From: an uncultured archaeon
Lineage (GTDB): Archaea; Asgardarchaeota; Thorarchaeia; Thorarchaeales; Thorarchaeaceae
Reading direction: 5' to 3'
DNA length: 32,000 nucleotides
Assembly (NCBI GenBank): GCA_964354495.1
Contig: CAYHAA010000001.1
Coordinates: 30,001 to 62,000 of the forward strand
Shown here: positions 15,501-25,824 of the stretch, one piece after another
How the letters are laid out: every line of letters begins with the position of its first letter
How positions within the stretch are numbered: position 1 is the first letter of the stretch
The notes under the pieces: model-generated
Told to the model about the DNA's origin: nothing
What the model saw: only the letters and a program-made list of their open reading frames with translations
Databases searched by the model: none
Made by a program: the position numbers and the translations under genes

Positions 15501-16793
15501 ATGCTTGAGAAGATACTTGCTGAGAAGTTTAGGAACACTCTGAAACTTGTGTTTTCAGACATCAATAATCAGCAGGATCGCAGGGATGAGCAGGAATTTG
15601 TCAAGGATGAAGCACGCATCCGGGAAAAACTGCTTGCCAGAATTGACTCATTTCCATCTGATACTGTTCTCAGTGAAGACTTCCTGGTTGCCGCTGTCGA
15701 TGGCTCGGGAACAGAGAGTCTTGTCACTCTTGATGACATTCGAGTGCATCTTTTGAGCACATCCACCATAGTGCTCAACACCAACACTAAGCGTGAGTCA
15801 TTGTTTTCTATGGTGGACCGTGCCACTCTCGAGAATGAGATTGGAGAACAACCCCATATTGATGTGCACTGGCACTCTAGTGTGAGGAATGATGCTAGAG
15901 AGAAGATGGCTGAATCGCTGGCTGAAATATACCCCTTGAAAGATATGGTCAGCATAATCCTACCCTTCTTCTGCGACTATACAGGCGGCAAGATTTCTTC
16001 AGTTACAGATATTGCAGACACTGAGTTCGCGTCATATGGACCACGTCTTCGAGAGATGAGTGAACTCATCTCACGCACACAGACCCTGACAAATGCAGCA
16101 GTCCATGAGGAACTGAGAAAGGTCAGCGAATATGCAGCGGCACGTCGCCTTCTTGAGAGTGACCTGTGTCCAAAGTACCTTCTGCTGGATGGTGCCATGT
16201 CGATTTTCATGCACTTTGTCAGGCACTATCCCTCAATGCCCAGCGGATTCATGCTTAGAGACCTCTGTTTTCTTGCTCGACGAAAGGGTGTGATTCTATG
16301 CGCAGTAAGCAAGAACCATACCATCCCATTTGCTCATCGTATTGCCGGTCTGGCGAAGGAGCAGCTGGGCGAAGGTGCGAAATGGTTCTGCCATCTTCCT
16401 TCCAAAGAAGATCCTGGTGGTGGTCTTCATATCATTGAGGATCGAGCATACATCCCTCCTATGCTGGCTGTTCCCTATCTCTATAGTTTTTCAAGGGATA
16501 ACAGACCATCCAGAATCGACTTTGACAGGGTCTGGTGGTTAGAGAACATTTTCGTTGATGGTGATCCACAGGCAACACGAGAGAACGAATTGGCTCTCTT
16601 CAGAGAGCTTGAGTTCATGTCTAGAGACGCTCGGTGGTACGGCTATCCTGTGGCTCTGGCACTAGCTCATGAGAACTGCAAACTAAGCTTCGAGGACCTT
16701 CGTCTTGCCAAAGAGATAGCGCGAGACGTGCGACTGGAATTAGGATTCGATGATCGTAAGACGGAATCATTGAGGACTGACTACAACCTATGA
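15501..16793 (+). CDS. nurA: NurA 5'-3' nuclease
   Basis: AVDGSG and LLLDGA catalytic Asp motifs, AVSK, R.DF, YGYP.AL..AH. Track start 15246 overlaps the divergent gene; ATG 15501 preferred. Confidence 0.88.
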   Translation: MLEKILAEKFRNTLKLVFSDINNQQDRRDEQEFVKDEARIREKLLARIDSFPSDTVLSEDFLVAAVDGSGTESLVTLDDIRVHLLSTSTIVLNTNTKRESLFSMVDRATLENEIGEQPHIDVHWHSSVRNDAREKMAESLAEIYPLKDMVSIILPFFCDYTGGKISSVTDIADTEFASYGPRLREMSELISRTQTLTNAAVHEELRKVSEYAAARRLLESDLCPKYLLLDGAMSIFMHFVRHYPSMPSGFMLRDLCFLARRKGVILCAVSKNHTIPFAHRIAGLAKEQLGEGAKWFCHLPSKEDPGGGLHIIEDRAYIPPMLAVPYLYSFSRDNRPSRIDFDRVWWLENIFVDGDPQATRENELALFRELEFMSRDARWYGYPVALALAHENCKLSFEDLRLAKEIARDVRLELGFDDRKTESLRTDYNL

Positions 16794-16802
16794 TAATGTG
16801 AG

Positions 16803-18572
16803 ATGATAGTAATGGACTTGGATAGAGAAAAACTGGGTGAACTCTATGGAAAGGTCGGGGTGGGAAATCAGACCTCCCTCGGCATAATGGGGAATAACCG
16901 CGACATAAGCGTGGGCGAGATATTCCTGATCTATTCCAAACGTGATGACCACGAGCGGGTCTTCTTCTTCAGAGTCTTGGACCTAGAGAATTATCTTCGA
17001 CAAGTAGATGACATATCCCGAGTCGCAAGCACGCTCATGGTCGAAGGAGATGCTTATCTCTCAGGTATTGAACGCAATATGCTTCTCTCAGTTGGCGGAA
17101 GAATGCTTGGATTTGCGGAAAAGAACAATAAGGGAGAATGGACTTTCAAGGCTCCGCGGCGCATGCCGGACCATCTGGCCTCAGTGTACCGCCCGATGCC
17201 TGGCCTCTCTGACGAATCTGTACGTGAAATGCTTGAATGTCAGACCGATGGGGAGATCGTCGTTGGCAACCTGCAGGTCGGAGAAGACACTCTCGATGTC
17301 CCTGTCAGAATCCCGTGCAAGTATCTGCCCATGCATGTTGGCATCTTTGGGTCAACGGGTGCAGGGAAGAGCAATCTCATGATGGTCCTCATCAAATCAA
17401 TGATTGACACGAACCTTGATGCAGTCCGCAATCCAAATACTAAAAGCACCAGAATCTCGGCCTTCTGTATTGATCCCCATGATGAATTTGCTAAGGGTGT
17501 CGACAAGTTTGGTATTCAGCGTGTCGTAGAAGATATGAGCGACAAAACGCGTTCCGAGGTGATTGGCGAGTTCTATTATCTAACGACACACAGAAGCGCG
17601 ACTACACGTGAAATTGGCAGGTATGCTCGTGAGATTCGCATTCTGTGGTCTGAGATTCAGCCAAGAGACCTCTACTCAATCATGGAGTTCTCTCCGCAGA
17701 TGTCGTCGTTCATTGATGCGCAGTATGCAGGTTCCAATGAAGATTGGATAGGCAGAATCATCGATATGGATGAAAGCAGTGATGACTCGCAGGGAACCCT
17801 CAAAGCAGTGAAGCGCAGGTTGAGATTCTTGGAACGCTCTCCAATATTCATCAGGGAAGGCAGCTCCATACTTGAGGACATCTACTGCGCCATGGAAACC
17901 GGTCGGATTCTTGTTGTCAACACGAGCCTCATGAGCGACCAAGAGCAGTTCTTACTCACCACAGTAGTCACACGTACACTTTCGGACATGCGTCGAGCTC
18001 TGAAGAGCAGTGGCAATCTCGGCGACTTTGAACGTCAGGGTGAAATGCGGCTCCCGAGGAGTTTCTTCAACCGGGTGAAAGAACGGGCTCGGGCATTCTA
18101 CAGTAAGGGTGGAGGAAGAGACAGTGCTGAGGTCCGTGATCCTCGGTCGCTTCCTGTGATTCAAGTCACTGTGGAGGAGGCACCGACGATTCTGAATCCT
18201 GAGTTGATGCGGGGTCAGTCCGTATTCAAGGATATATCTCGTCAGGGCCGTAAGTTCAACATAGGCCTCCTCGTTGTGAGTCAGCAAGTCAGCGTTCTCG
18301 ATAATGTCATCCTGAGTCAGATGAACACCGAGATCAACCTCAGGCTCGGAAACGAACGTGAGATAAGGGCGTGCATCGAAAACGCCAGTGTGAACATCTC
18401 AGGCTTTGAGAGCGAATTTCGAGTTATGGCTCGTGGTGAGGCCATTCTCACAGCATCATACAGGGAACTCCCCTTGCCAGTTCGGATTCCTCTCTTCGAT
18501 GATATCTATGAAAAGGATAAGCATAGATACAAGGATGCCAAGCCAAAGAAGATGGAAGAGCATATCATGTGA
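16803..18572 (+). CDS. herA: HerA bipolar helicase/ATPase
   Basis: N-terminal HAS-barrel-like region, H.GIFGSTGAGKSN, IDPHDEF, Walker B VEEAP, RQGRKF..GL..VSQ and ILSQMNT.I.LRL. Confidence 0.93.
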   Translation: MIVMDLDREKLGELYGKVGVGNQTSLGIMGNNRDISVGEIFLIYSKRDDHERVFFFRVLDLENYLRQVDDISRVASTLMVEGDAYLSGIERNMLLSVGGRMLGFAEKNNKGEWTFKAPRRMPDHLASVYRPMPGLSDESVREMLECQTDGEIVVGNLQVGEDTLDVPVRIPCKYLPMHVGIFGSTGAGKSNLMMVLIKSMIDTNLDAVRNPNTKSTRISAFCIDPHDEFAKGVDKFGIQRVVEDMSDKTRSEVIGEFYYLTTHRSATTREIGRYAREIRILWSEIQPRDLYSIMEFSPQMSSFIDAQYAGSNEDWIGRIIDMDESSDDSQGTLKAVKRRLRFLERSPIFIREGSSILEDIYCAMETGRILVVNTSLMSDQEQFLLTTVVTRTLSDMRRALKSSGNLGDFERQGEMRLPRSFFNRVKERARAFYSKGGGRDSAEVRDPRSLPVIQVTVEEAPTILNPELMRGQSVFKDISRQGRKFNIGLLVVSQQVSVLDNVILSQMNTEINLRLGNEREIRACIENASVNISGFESEFRVMARGEAILTASYRELPLPVRIPLFDDIYEKDKHRYKDAKPKKMEEHIM

Positions 18573-18575
18573 GGT

Positions 18576-19892
18576 TTGAAAATGTCCGCTCGAATTGCTC
18601 ACATCTCTGATACCCATCTGGGAGCCCGACCTCGAGATGGTGTTCGCCCCAATGTATGGGGTCAGGAGATGAGAACTCAGCTCTTGGAGAATGACTTCTA
18701 CGAGCGATTTGCTGAGATTTTCGAGAGGATTGCTGCACTCGATCCCCCTGTTGACTTGGTAGTCCACTCAGGAGATCTCTATAACTCCCCATGGGAGGGC
18801 AACCCGTCACAGCCCCCTGTTGTCGCTCAGGAGACTGCAATATCTGTGCTTCAAAACTTCATCAAGAAGACGCACATTCCTGTCCTAGTAATCGAGGGCA
18901 ATCACGGTCTCTACAGGCTGCTTGAGGTTTCTCTCTTAGATAGCCTCAAGATGGCAGTGCCCGGATTGGATGTTGCAACCCAGCAAGACATCAAGGCAGC
19001 GATTCGTGAGGATAAGCCGTTAGTGTACTCCTACGAGAAACTGGATGTGTTTTGCTTTCCCTTCATCGACCATGAAGTGCTGCGGTCATCAGGCATGCTT
19101 CCTAGGTTTGATGATTGGATTCTTACCCAGCAGAAACGGGAACGCCTGCGACCAGCAGTTGGCGTAGCTCACGGTATGGATTTGGACAAGACCCTGTACG
19201 ACGCAATGTTCAGTATGAACTACGACTACATAGCTCTCGGTCACGACCATAAACAGGCGAAACAGTCACAAAAGGCATGGTATGCAGGTTGTCCTGAGAG
19301 ATGGCGGTTCGATGAATCCGATCATGAGAAGGGATTCCTAGTCGTCGATATCAAGGTCAATGAAGATCCAGTTGTCACTCCATACATCCTCGAGTTTGTG
19401 CGTCCCGTACTGAATGAGAAGATTGTGCTTGCTGATGATGATACAGCTGAGTCTGTTACAGAGAAATTGCGCGCCTGGTTCTCTGAGAAGGGTCTCATTG
19501 CTCCTTGGGATTCACACACTGCTGGACGAGTTCGTATTGTCTTGGAGGGCGGCTCGAGCCGTGTGGGCGCTTTTGACTTGGGCGTGGCCCTCGAGACCTT
19601 CAGATTGAAAGTGCTCTCACAGGACTCGGAGTACAATGTGGCTCAGTTCGTCTGGTCCGCCAAGGAATCGGTTGATTCTGAGTATGTTGCAGCATCATAC
19701 CCTGAGATTGAGTCCGAATATCTGATTGAGGACCCGGAAAAGGACTTCCGTGACTATCTCAGCACGCTGGAAATCGACAAGAGTCTGGATCTCGATATTC
19801 TCACCAAGATTGCTGTCACTTCTCTTGAGTTCGCAGTCGGAACCAGAGATGGGAAGATGACCTCCGAGTCGCTCACGAGGGATGATCCATGA
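18576..19892 (+). CDS. mre11: Mre11/SbcD nuclease
   Basis: HISDTHLG, HSGDLY, GNHG, AHG, YDYIALGHDH, YAGCPER and EKGF motifs. Start TTG 18576 or ATG 18582. Confidence 0.92.
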   Translation: MKMSARIAHISDTHLGARPRDGVRPNVWGQEMRTQLLENDFYERFAEIFERIAALDPPVDLVVHSGDLYNSPWEGNPSQPPVVAQETAISVLQNFIKKTHIPVLVIEGNHGLYRLLEVSLLDSLKMAVPGLDVATQQDIKAAIREDKPLVYSYEKLDVFCFPFIDHEVLRSSGMLPRFDDWILTQQKRERLRPAVGVAHGMDLDKTLYDAMFSMNYDYIALGHDHKQAKQSQKAWYAGCPERWRFDESDHEKGFLVVDIKVNEDPVVTPYILEFVRPVLNEKIVLADDDTAESVTEKLRAWFSEKGLIAPWDSHTAGRVRIVLEGGSSRVGAFDLGVALETFRLKVLSQDSEYNVAQFVWSAKESVDSEYVAASYPEIESEYLIEDPEKDFRDYLSTLEIDKSLDLDILTKIAVTSLEFAVGTRDGKMTSESLTRDDP

Positions 19893-21970
19893 AGCTCTTG
19901 AAGCTAGAGGTTCACAATTTCAAGCCATTTCGGGAGCTGACTCTACCAAGTGATGAATCTGATCTCCCAAACGGGCTCATAATTATCCGAGGTCCAAACT
20001 CCACTGGAAAGTCATCTCTTTTTGAGTCGATACTCTGGGCTCTGTGGGGTTCAGACTCATTGGGACTGAATAATGATGAACTCGTCAGTTTCAGTTCGAC
20101 ATACTGCAGTGCCACTCTGACATTTGATGTGGCTGGAGCCCAGTATAAGATAGAGAGGTCATACAGTTCTGCAGACAAGACAAATGCAGTACTCTACATA
20201 AGGTCTGGGCGTGCTTGGAAGAGAATCGCCGACAAGACTCAGTCCGTTGCAGCGAAGATAGACGAGATTCTAGGCTTGGAGTGGAAACAGGCTCAAAACA
20301 CGCTCTTGGTCCGCCAGGGAGAGGTTGCAACGATATCTACAGCTGGTCCTGTGGCGCTTCGAAATCTCTTGGTCGAAATCTATGATATTGAGCTGCTCAA
20401 TCGCATGTCCAGTCATCTTGAGAATTTCGAGTCGAATCTTGACACGAGAATCAAGAATCTCCGTGATGACTATCGCTCACCTGAGGACATCAAGGAACAG
20501 ATAGGTCAGAATAGAGCACGAATCAAGGACTATGAGGCATCGATAAAGAGTCGAAGTAAAGAGATAGTTTCAGTTGAGAAGCAGCTAAGGGGTATCCCTG
20601 ATAGTGCCACACTGAAGACAGTCCGCAGAATATCTGATGAGATCGAGAGGAAACAACATGAACTTGATCTCAGTCAGAAAGAGATTGAAACGAATCTTCC
20701 GCAGGCAGGCATACTCGATGCTGAAACTGCAATCATCGAGGCCCGTTCAGAATCACTCAAGAGAGAGAAGGAGCGAGTAGACTCAGAGCGAGAGGGCCTG
20801 AACGCTGATGTGACAGGCATCTCTGAGAAGATGGGCAAGATCTCTGGAATGCATGAAGATTTGAACGAGAAAATAGACATGCTCACTAGAGCTCGTGATG
20901 GCAAGGATGAGGCGGTTTGCCCTACCTGCTCGAAACCTCTGTCAGCAACGGAGCGTGACAGTCTTGTGTCTAACTACAAGAAGGCAATGCGCGATGGTGA
21001 ACTAGGTGCTAGAGAGCTTGACAAAGAGCGGAAGCTGAAGATAATCGAAGCCAAGAAGCTCGAGCAGAGGCTTTCTGCCATCTCTCTCTCCACTAATGCA
21101 TTGCAGAAGATAAAGTCAATTCAGGAACACATGCAGAGCATACGACTGTCCATCAAGAAGTCCGAACAGGAACTCTCAGACCTGCTTAGGGCCTTGGACA
21201 TTCCTGATGTGAAATCTCTTCTCAAGAAGTTCGGAGTATCAACGCTTGAGGAAGTCCACAATAAGATTGGCAACCTGGAAGCTGTTCTTCGAGAGGCAAA
21301 GAGAGGGACCTCCGAAATCGAAGAGAACATTCGAAAGGAACAGACGCTCATCTCAGAACTGGAAGGGAAAGAAGTCCAGATGCGACAGATGGGTGCTGAG
21401 ATTAAGGAACTGGAAAACCTCAATGTGCATGCAAAATACGTACGTCGGAATCTTGTGAACGGATTTGTCGCAGATTACGTCTTTCAGAAGAGACTGATTG
21501 GCATCATCAGGAGTGCAACGAATCAGTATGTGCAGTCCTTCACAAACGGTCAGTACACACGCATCGACCTCGAGCCCACTCCAGCCACAAAACGTTCTGG
21601 TGCTGGGCTGCTTCTCAAGATATGGGATGAACGCGACCAGGCATGGAAGAAGACCTCACAGCTCAGCTTTGGAGACCGGACTGCAATCAGTCTCGCGCTT
21701 AGACTTGGAATCAGCCGTACTATGAGCAGAATTCGTCCCCTGAAGAACAGCCCCATCATCACACCTCGCGTCAAGACAGTGATGCTTGATGAGCCGCTCG
21801 GAGGGCTTGATAAGGCTCGCAGGGAGTCCGTGGTTTCTAATCTGATGAATGACAGCAATTTCAAGCAGATTCTATTGATCACACACACCGATGTGCAGGG
21901 ATGGGAAGGTGTTCCCATTGTTGAAGTGGCCAAGGCTGGTCTGGGGAGCACTGCAACTTTGGAGCTGTGA
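19889..21970 (+). CDS. rad50: Rad50/SbcC SMC-like ATPase (short)
   Basis: NFK, Walker A GPNSTGKSS, Q-loop VRQGE, central Zn hook CPTC (residue 344), variant signature LSFGD, Walker B MLDEP, D-loop LD and ITH. ATGA overlap with mre11. Confidence 0.93.
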   Translation: MKLLKLEVHNFKPFRELTLPSDESDLPNGLIIIRGPNSTGKSSLFESILWALWGSDSLGLNNDELVSFSSTYCSATLTFDVAGAQYKIERSYSSADKTNAVLYIRSGRAWKRIADKTQSVAAKIDEILGLEWKQAQNTLLVRQGEVATISTAGPVALRNLLVEIYDIELLNRMSSHLENFESNLDTRIKNLRDDYRSPEDIKEQIGQNRARIKDYEASIKSRSKEIVSVEKQLRGIPDSATLKTVRRISDEIERKQHELDLSQKEIETNLPQAGILDAETAIIEARSESLKREKERVDSEREGLNADVTGISEKMGKISGMHEDLNEKIDMLTRARDGKDEAVCPTCSKPLSATERDSLVSNYKKAMRDGELGARELDKERKLKIIEAKKLEQRLSAISLSTNALQKIKSIQEHMQSIRLSIKKSEQELSDLLRALDIPDVKSLLKKFGVSTLEEVHNKIGNLEAVLREAKRGTSEIEENIRKEQTLISELEGKEVQMRQMGAEIKELENLNVHAKYVRRNLVNGFVADYVFQKRLIGIIRSATNQYVQSFTNGQYTRIDLEPTPATKRSGAGLLLKIWDERDQAWKKTSQLSFGDRTAISLALRLGISRTMSRIRPLKNSPIITPRVKTVMLDEPLGGLDKARRESVVSNLMNDSNFKQILLITHTDVQGWEGVPIVEVAKAGLGSTATLEL

Positions 21971-22030
21971 TATATTGCTCTTTTCGCCTAGGGCCAAATA
22001 TTAATGAGCAGCGTAGATTGACAGTGCATC

Positions 22031-24298
22031 ATGGGCACTGAGATTGCGAATGGGTCTCGGATTGCGAGGTCGGTTCACCGAATTGATCACATGCTCCTTC
22101 AGGGTGGACGTCGTCTGTCACGATTCCTCACCGAGTATCGCTATCTCATCGCAGTACTATTGATTGGCTTCGTGGTCTGGTCTGTTGTCTTCAATATTGC
22201 AATGGTTGACTATCTGAACACTCGTTTCTGGAATTCACGAAGTGCATGGCTAGGTCCACTCCCCGGTCCTGGCGAGTTCAACTTCTTTGGATACACTATA
22301 CAGTACCAGTTCGAGGGCTACAGCGATTATTCGTTCTACTATGTTCACTGGGGATACAACATGCTCAATGGAGTCATGCCATACTCAGGGGACTTTGGCT
22401 ATCTAGACATGGATGGGATAGTCAACGAGAATGGCGCTTACATGTTTCCGCCTCTTACAGCCTATCTATATGCTCTTGGCATTGCTCTGGAAAGAATAAT
22501 TGGGCCGGGAAACTGGGGAATTGGGCTCCTCTTCGCAGTATTTGGCTATACCACCATTCTTCCAGTGTACGGAATTGCAAGAGAGCTATCGAAGAATCCG
22601 AGAATAGGGGAGATCGCAGCTCTAATGTACGCGATCAATCCCCTAGTACTCTATCATATTGACTATATTTGGCTCAATCCAGCACCCTTCTACTTCTTCT
22701 TCTTTGCAGGATTCTATGCTCTCCTGAAGAAACAGCGGCATACTGCAACGATACTCATAGTGACTGCTGCGCTCTTCAAGCAGACTGCGTGGTTTCTCGG
22801 AATTCCCCTTGTCATCTACCTACTGGTTCGAGCTCGCGACAGGAAGACGAAGGTCACTGAGGGGACTGGCCTGAACGGCTATGACAATGGTGTGCTCGAT
22901 GATGACGGGAAGGAGAAGCCAAGAGCTAGAAGATTCGACTTCCTGTTTGAGTACTTCGATTTTCGAGGCTTCGGAGTGAGTGTCATTGTGGCGCTCTCCT
23001 ATGTAGGTGCAATCATGCTGCCCTTCATTCTAGCGCAACCAGACTTCCTCAAATTCTGGTCATTGGCACTAGGTCATTTTCCCTTAGACAATTATGTGGA
23101 CCCACCAGCCTACAATGTCCCGGTAAGATTGCCTGTCCTTCCCATCATGAACAATATGCCTGAGTTTGCGGAGCTCTTTGATTTTGCTATCATTACACAA
23201 GGTCCGCTCTTTTTTGGAATCGTCGTATTTGCAGGACTGATGCTCCTCCTTGACAAGTACAAGGGCGAAGAACATGTGTATCTGCGTCGAATTCTCTTCC
23301 TCACAATGCTTCTCATGCTGTGGACCGATCTGGCTGGGCCTCGGGGAGTCTTCAAGTACTACTTCGCGATGTTTGGTCCCTTCTTCGCGATTCTCTCGTC
23401 GGCTCAGATGATTCGTGGAAAAGGAGAGCATGTGCCATTCTCAGCTTCAATGATATGGATGCCAATCCTATTCTCACTCCTTATCTTACTTCCCGACCGC
23501 AACTACTACCTTGGATATGTCCTCCTGATCTTCATTTCATACTCCTTATCGCCCCTGTTTGATCGACTCTACGGTCTCATCAAACGTCCCTTCTCCTACC
23601 TGAGGACTCTCCTGGCACGCCATCTCAGTCTACGTTTCGGAACTATCCAAATTCATGGGTCGACTCAATCCCTATCGCTCAGCACGTTGCGAAGGATTAC
23701 CGTTGTTGTGTCTATGGTGTGCGGCTCTGCGCTTCTAGTACTGGGCATGTCTGTGTGTTTCGACCGATTGACCGCATCCCTTGCAGTCATCATACAGTCC
23801 ATGCTGTTGATGGGAGTCATGGTCTTCGTGGGTATGCAGATTATCTCAATAGCAGGCAACGGGCTTCTATCAGAACAGGCGCGACAGAGTGATTTCAACT
23901 ATGTCGTTCGGACACTGTCATTCACGTTGGCAGCTGTTCTCTTTATCTTTGGAATCGATACCTACGTTCTTAGCTGGGCTGTTGGTGGCCCTCTCGAGAG
24001 CCAGCTCATGATTGTTTCTAGTATGTTGATAATGATGTGGGCCCTAGGACTTGTGATACGTATTGCGAACAGACCCAGACTATTGTCGGATATCTTTCTC
24101 ATCTTGGGGTGTGTCATCGGGACTTGGGTCTGGTATTCGCTTGGAGACGTCTTGTTCATGCTTCTCGGGTGGACTTGTATCGCAGGACTGGTGGTCCATC
24201 TCCTGCTGACCATTGGCACTGTTTTAGGTCAACGTGCCTCTGTGGAACCTAGAACCATCCCCGTGCTTCCGAATGCGGCAGAGTCAATGACAATCTAG
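22031..24298 (+). CDS. GT-C fold integral membrane glycosyltransferase (GT87/PIG-M-like) with extra C-terminal TM bundle
   Basis: First-loop EGYSDY..YY..WG...L.G..PY, Y.FPPL..Y, Y..NP, A.LFKQ and KYY motifs; many hydrophobic segments. Confidence 0.75.
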   Translation: MGTEIANGSRIARSVHRIDHMLLQGGRRLSRFLTEYRYLIAVLLIGFVVWSVVFNIAMVDYLNTRFWNSRSAWLGPLPGPGEFNFFGYTIQYQFEGYSDYSFYYVHWGYNMLNGVMPYSGDFGYLDMDGIVNENGAYMFPPLTAYLYALGIALERIIGPGNWGIGLLFAVFGYTTILPVYGIARELSKNPRIGEIAALMYAINPLVLYHIDYIWLNPAPFYFFFFAGFYALLKKQRHTATILIVTAALFKQTAWFLGIPLVIYLLVRARDRKTKVTEGTGLNGYDNGVLDDDGKEKPRARRFDFLFEYFDFRGFGVSVIVALSYVGAIMLPFILAQPDFLKFWSLALGHFPLDNYVDPPAYNVPVRLPVLPIMNNMPEFAELFDFAIITQGPLFFGIVVFAGLMLLLDKYKGEEHVYLRRILFLTMLLMLWTDLAGPRGVFKYYFAMFGPFFAILSSAQMIRGKGEHVPFSASMIWMPILFSLLILLPDRNYYLGYVLLIFISYSLSPLFDRLYGLIKRPFSYLRTLLARHLSLRFGTIQIHGSTQSLSLSTLRRITVVVSMVCGSALLVLGMSVCFDRLTASLAVIIQSMLLMGVMVFVGMQIISIAGNGLLSEQARQSDFNYVVRTLSFTLAAVLFIFGIDTYVLSWAVGGPLESQLMIVSSMLIMMWALGLVIRIANRPRLLSDIFLILGCVIGTWVWYSLGDVLFMLLGWTCIAGLVVHLLLTIGTVLGQRASVEPRTIPVLPNAAESMTI

Positions 24299-24309
24299 GA
24301 GGTGCGGTC

Positions 24310-25824
24310 ATGTCCACAAGGAACGAATCCCATATCGCTCGACTCGAAGCTCTTGCGCGCGCGAATATAGTCCTGATTCTCATCCTAGTGGTAGCTGCTA
24401 TTTTTTGGGGCTTGGTCTTTGCATGGTCCGCCTCCGATTTTGTCGCAGATGGGAGCCGACCATTCAGGGGGGTTTGGGGTGGCGTGGGTTCGTTTGATCT
24501 ATTCGGATATACTGTCTATTACGACTTTGAGGGTTATGTGGACTACGACTATTACTACTACTCGTGGGGTGAGCGATTTCTTAGCGGCATTGCTCCCTAC
24601 TCGGACACATTCGACAGGACCTTCGTAGATGGAACCCCGTGGAACACACCATACTTCTTCCCACCACTCTATGTCTATATGTGTGCATTCGGCCTGGTCT
24701 TGCCTATCGACCCCTTTGGAATCGGATTCATCATCAGCCTCTTCGGATATCTCACTGCATTTCCGATATATGGTATCAGTGCCTTTCTAGCGCAGAACAG
24801 AAGGGTTGGTGAGATATCCGTTCTCACGTACCTATTCAGTCCACTGGTGCTCTTCTACACCGCATTCAAATGGCTCAATCCAGCACCCTTTGTGTTCTTT
24901 GTGATGCTGTCATTCTATCTCTTGATGAAAGGTAGAAGGCTTTCGGGGGCTCTTGCTATGGTGACAGCCGCACTCTTCAAGCAGACCGCCTTCTTTCTAG
25001 CCCTTCCACTTATCGCCTACATTATGAAGAGGGCTCCAGCGAAACAGCCTGAAATCGTTGGTGGCAAGAGACCTCCCGGTGATGAACTTGACTTGAAAGG
25101 ATTTGCCAAGATAGTTCTGGCTGTTCTTGTCTATTTAGCGGCCGTGTCTCTGCCATATCTCTTTGATTTTCAGAATTATCTCTACTACATCTTTCAGCGA
25201 CCAGGCGGCTTTCTACTAGAAGACCTCACCAGTCTTCCCGATGTGTCCCAGCCGATATCACCGGCTGTCCTCTTGATTTTCTTAGGCGCACCAACCTGGT
25301 TGGTCGACATTGTGAATAAGGCGACATACTACAGTATCTTTCTAGCCATTTCCATGCTCACGCTTCTAGTCTTGATGTTGCTTCAGATTAAGGATGACAG
25401 CAAACTCCCAGCGTACTGGCGCCGTTTGTTCTTCCTCACACTACTTCTCATGCTCTGTATGCATGTCTTTTCACCGCGGGGAATGTACAAGTACTACTGT
25501 GTCGCATTGATCCCATTCTTTTCCATACAGTCTGTGTCAAGTATGATTTCAGTGAAGAAGCAGATAGTGAAGCCATCGTTATTCATGTTGTTAAATCCAA
25601 TATTGTTTGGGCTCCTGATTCTAATACCCAATCGCTATGTATACATCGCATTCATAATTCTCATGCTTCTGGGATACATCTGCCATAAGCAGTTCTCGCT
25701 CGTGCAAGAGGTCGCAAGTAACTGGCTACGAAGACGCGTACGCGCTCTCAGACAGTCGATATCAAGAGGCAGAGACCTCCCCGTCACTGCTGTGCAAGAA
25801 GATGAAGCTAGCCTTCCGCCTTGA
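24310..25824 (+). CDS. GT-C fold integral membrane glycosyltransferase, paralog of the upstream gene
   Basis: EGYVDYDYYY.SWG..FL.G..PY, YFFPPLYVY, WLNPAPF, ALFKQTA and PRGMYKYY. SD AGGAGGTG upstream. Confidence 0.78.
   Translation: MSTRNESHIARLEALARANIVLILILVVAAIFWGLVFAWSASDFVADGSRPFRGVWGGVGSFDLFGYTVYYDFEGYVDYDYYYYSWGERFLSGIAPYSDTFDRTFVDGTPWNTPYFFPPLYVYMCAFGLVLPIDPFGIGFIISLFGYLTAFPIYGISAFLAQNRRVGEISVLTYLFSPLVLFYTAFKWLNPAPFVFFVMLSFYLLMKGRRLSGALAMVTAALFKQTAFFLALPLIAYIMKRAPAKQPEIVGGKRPPGDELDLKGFAKIVLAVLVYLAAVSLPYLFDFQNYLYYIFQRPGGFLLEDLTSLPDVSQPISPAVLLIFLGAPTWLVDIVNKATYYSIFLAISMLTLLVLMLLQIKDDSKLPAYWRRLFFLTLLLMLCMHVFSPRGMYKYYCVALIPFFSIQSVSSMISVKKQIVKPSLFMLLNPILFGLLILIPNRYVYIAFIILMLLGYICHKQFSLVQEVASNWLRRRVRALRQSISRGRDLPVTAVQEDEASLPP

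Noticed and set aside
25808-25824. 17-nt convergent overlap of the GT-C and GIFT genes (also HIT/PPC 27543-27546)
   Set aside because: Short 3' overlaps are routine in compact archaeal genomes.
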